From: Methanobacteriota archaeon
Lineage (GTDB): Archaea > Thermoplasmatota > Thermoplasmata > Methanomassiliicoccales > Methanomassiliicoccaceae
NCBI GenBank assembly: GCA_012519255.1
Contig: JAAYQQ010000034.1
Span: forward strand, 1-50,287
Direction of reading: 5' to 3'
DNA: 50,287 nucleotides
This document shows positions 49,452-50,287 of this stretch, one piece after another. A model generated the notes under the pieces. The model was not told where the DNA came from. It did not search any database and saw only the letters and a program-made list of their open reading frames with translations. Both the position numbers and the translations under genes were made by a program. Within the stretch, counting starts at the first letter, position 1; each line of letters starts with the position of its first letter.

Positions 49452-49703
49452 ATGAATGCGATCAAGGTGGACCAGGAGGTCATTGATTACATAGCCGAGA
49501 ATGGGAGGGATTATCGCGTCTCCACCTCCTGCAGTGGGCCTGTCATCGTACCTATTGAGATGAAGGCGCCAAAGGAGACTGACCTCAAGGTTGCCGTTGG
49601 AGATAATACATTATATATTTCCAGAGTCCAGGCTCGTTACATCGTCCGCGTGACTGCAGACATGCTCGACCCTGCTAGATATGAGTCTTGCTCGGTGTTC
49701 TAA
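49452..49703 (+). CDS. Small conserved hypothetical protein
   Basis: 83-aa ORF (RDYRVSTSCSGPVIVP...PKETD...G.NTLYIS) filling the gap between nob1 and thiI. Confidence 0.65.
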   Translation: MNAIKVDQEVIDYIAENGRDYRVSTSCSGPVIVPIEMKAPKETDLKVAVGDNTLYISRVQARYIVRVTADMLDPARYESCSVF

Positions 49704-50287
49704 GAGAGAAGGCCTCTGCGGCCACCTCTCGTGCCAGCGCCTCTAGATCCAGGAACTCCTCTTGTGTTGCAATGATCTCTGAGGTAGCCATGGTGGCCGG
49801 TCGGAAAGGCACAATGGTGCAGGGAGTTCCCTTTTCGATTGAGATCTCATAGGTGCCGATCTCTTTAGCCAGACTTTCAATCTCTAGTTTATCTAGGCCA
49901 ATGAGTGGCCTGAGTACAGGGAAATCCAGCCCCCTCTCTTCAGCAGCGATGTTGTGTAGTGTCTGGGAAGCTACCTGGCCTAGTGAATCGCCCATGGCAA
50001 TGGCGTCAGCACCCAGTTGCTGGGCGACATTGCGGGCAACCTTGAGCATGGTGCGCTTACACAATACGCACTGAAGGTTTCTTCGACAATTCTGAGATAT
50101 TCTGCGCTGACTTTTGCCGTGGGGGGCGACCCACAGATCCACTGGCTGTTCCAGAGTCATCTCCAGTGCCCTGGTTAGGCGAACGACCTTATTCACAAGA
50201 CCCTCATCTGAATAGGGGCGATTATCCATGTGGAGCAATACAATCTCGGCACCGCTACGGGCGAGAGTGTAGGCAGCCACAGGTGAA
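49675..50287 (-). CDS. thiI: tRNA sulfurtransferase ThiI-like (5' end outside the window)
   Basis: SPVAAY, CKRTM, GDSLGQVASQTLHN and RPLIGLDKLEI..A.EIGTYEIS motifs. Ends in TAG. Confidence 0.88.
   Translation of the reverse strand, partial: SPVAAYTLARSGAEIVLLHMDNRPYSDEGLVNKVVRLTRALEMTLEQPVDLWVAPHGKSQRRISQNCRRNLQCVLCKRTMLKVARNVAQQLGADAIAMGDSLGQVASQTLHNIAAEERGLDFPVLRPLIGLDKLEIESLAKEIGTYEISIEKGTPCTIVPFRPATMATSEIIATQEEFLDLEALAREVAAEAFSLRTPSKTHI

Noticed and set aside
1-50287. CRISPR arrays, transposases, integrases, rRNA, pyl genes
   Set aside because: None recognised. I saw no regularly spaced repeats or recombinase motifs in the window.

Overview
Core-genome window of an archaeon, most likely a Methanomassiliicoccales (Thermoplasmata) methanogen. 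The assignment is inferred from the headless fpo operon, hdrBC, thermosome, PCNA, TFS and Alba. It holds about 54 genes: a chaperone cluster (thermosome, grpE, dnaK, dnaJ); a contiguous AMP-salvage operon (R15P isomerase, form III RuBisCO, AMP phosphorylase); polX, gdhA, alba and a DUF835 protein; taw2; two geranylgeranyl-reductase paralogues; split transketolase plus transaldolase; pcn and tfs; yjbQ, a beta-CASP gene and nadC; hdrCB; an nrdG-like radical SAM gene; three KaiC/RecA-like ATPases; a Cys-rich copper-storage-like protein; hsp20; tRNA-Val(CAC); fpoABCDHIJ1J2KLMN; a long-chain polyprenyl synthase; nob1; and partial thiI. I found no mobile elements or CRISPR. The ORF track misses several things. 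(1) A single in-frame amber (TAG, 48061-48063) sits inside an otherwise intact GGR and is a candidate pyrrolysine site in a non-methyltransferase protein. (2) Three tandem KaiC-like ATPases share a non-canonical GxxGxMK[S/T] Walker A, and one is interrupted by an in-frame TAA. (3) A decayed mvhD lies upstream of hdrCB. (4) There is an unannotated 57-aa Cys4 microprotein. Also notable are an FpoI with four [4Fe-4S] motifs and an FpoD with vestigial NiFe-site cysteines. All family assignments are by motif recognition, not database search.
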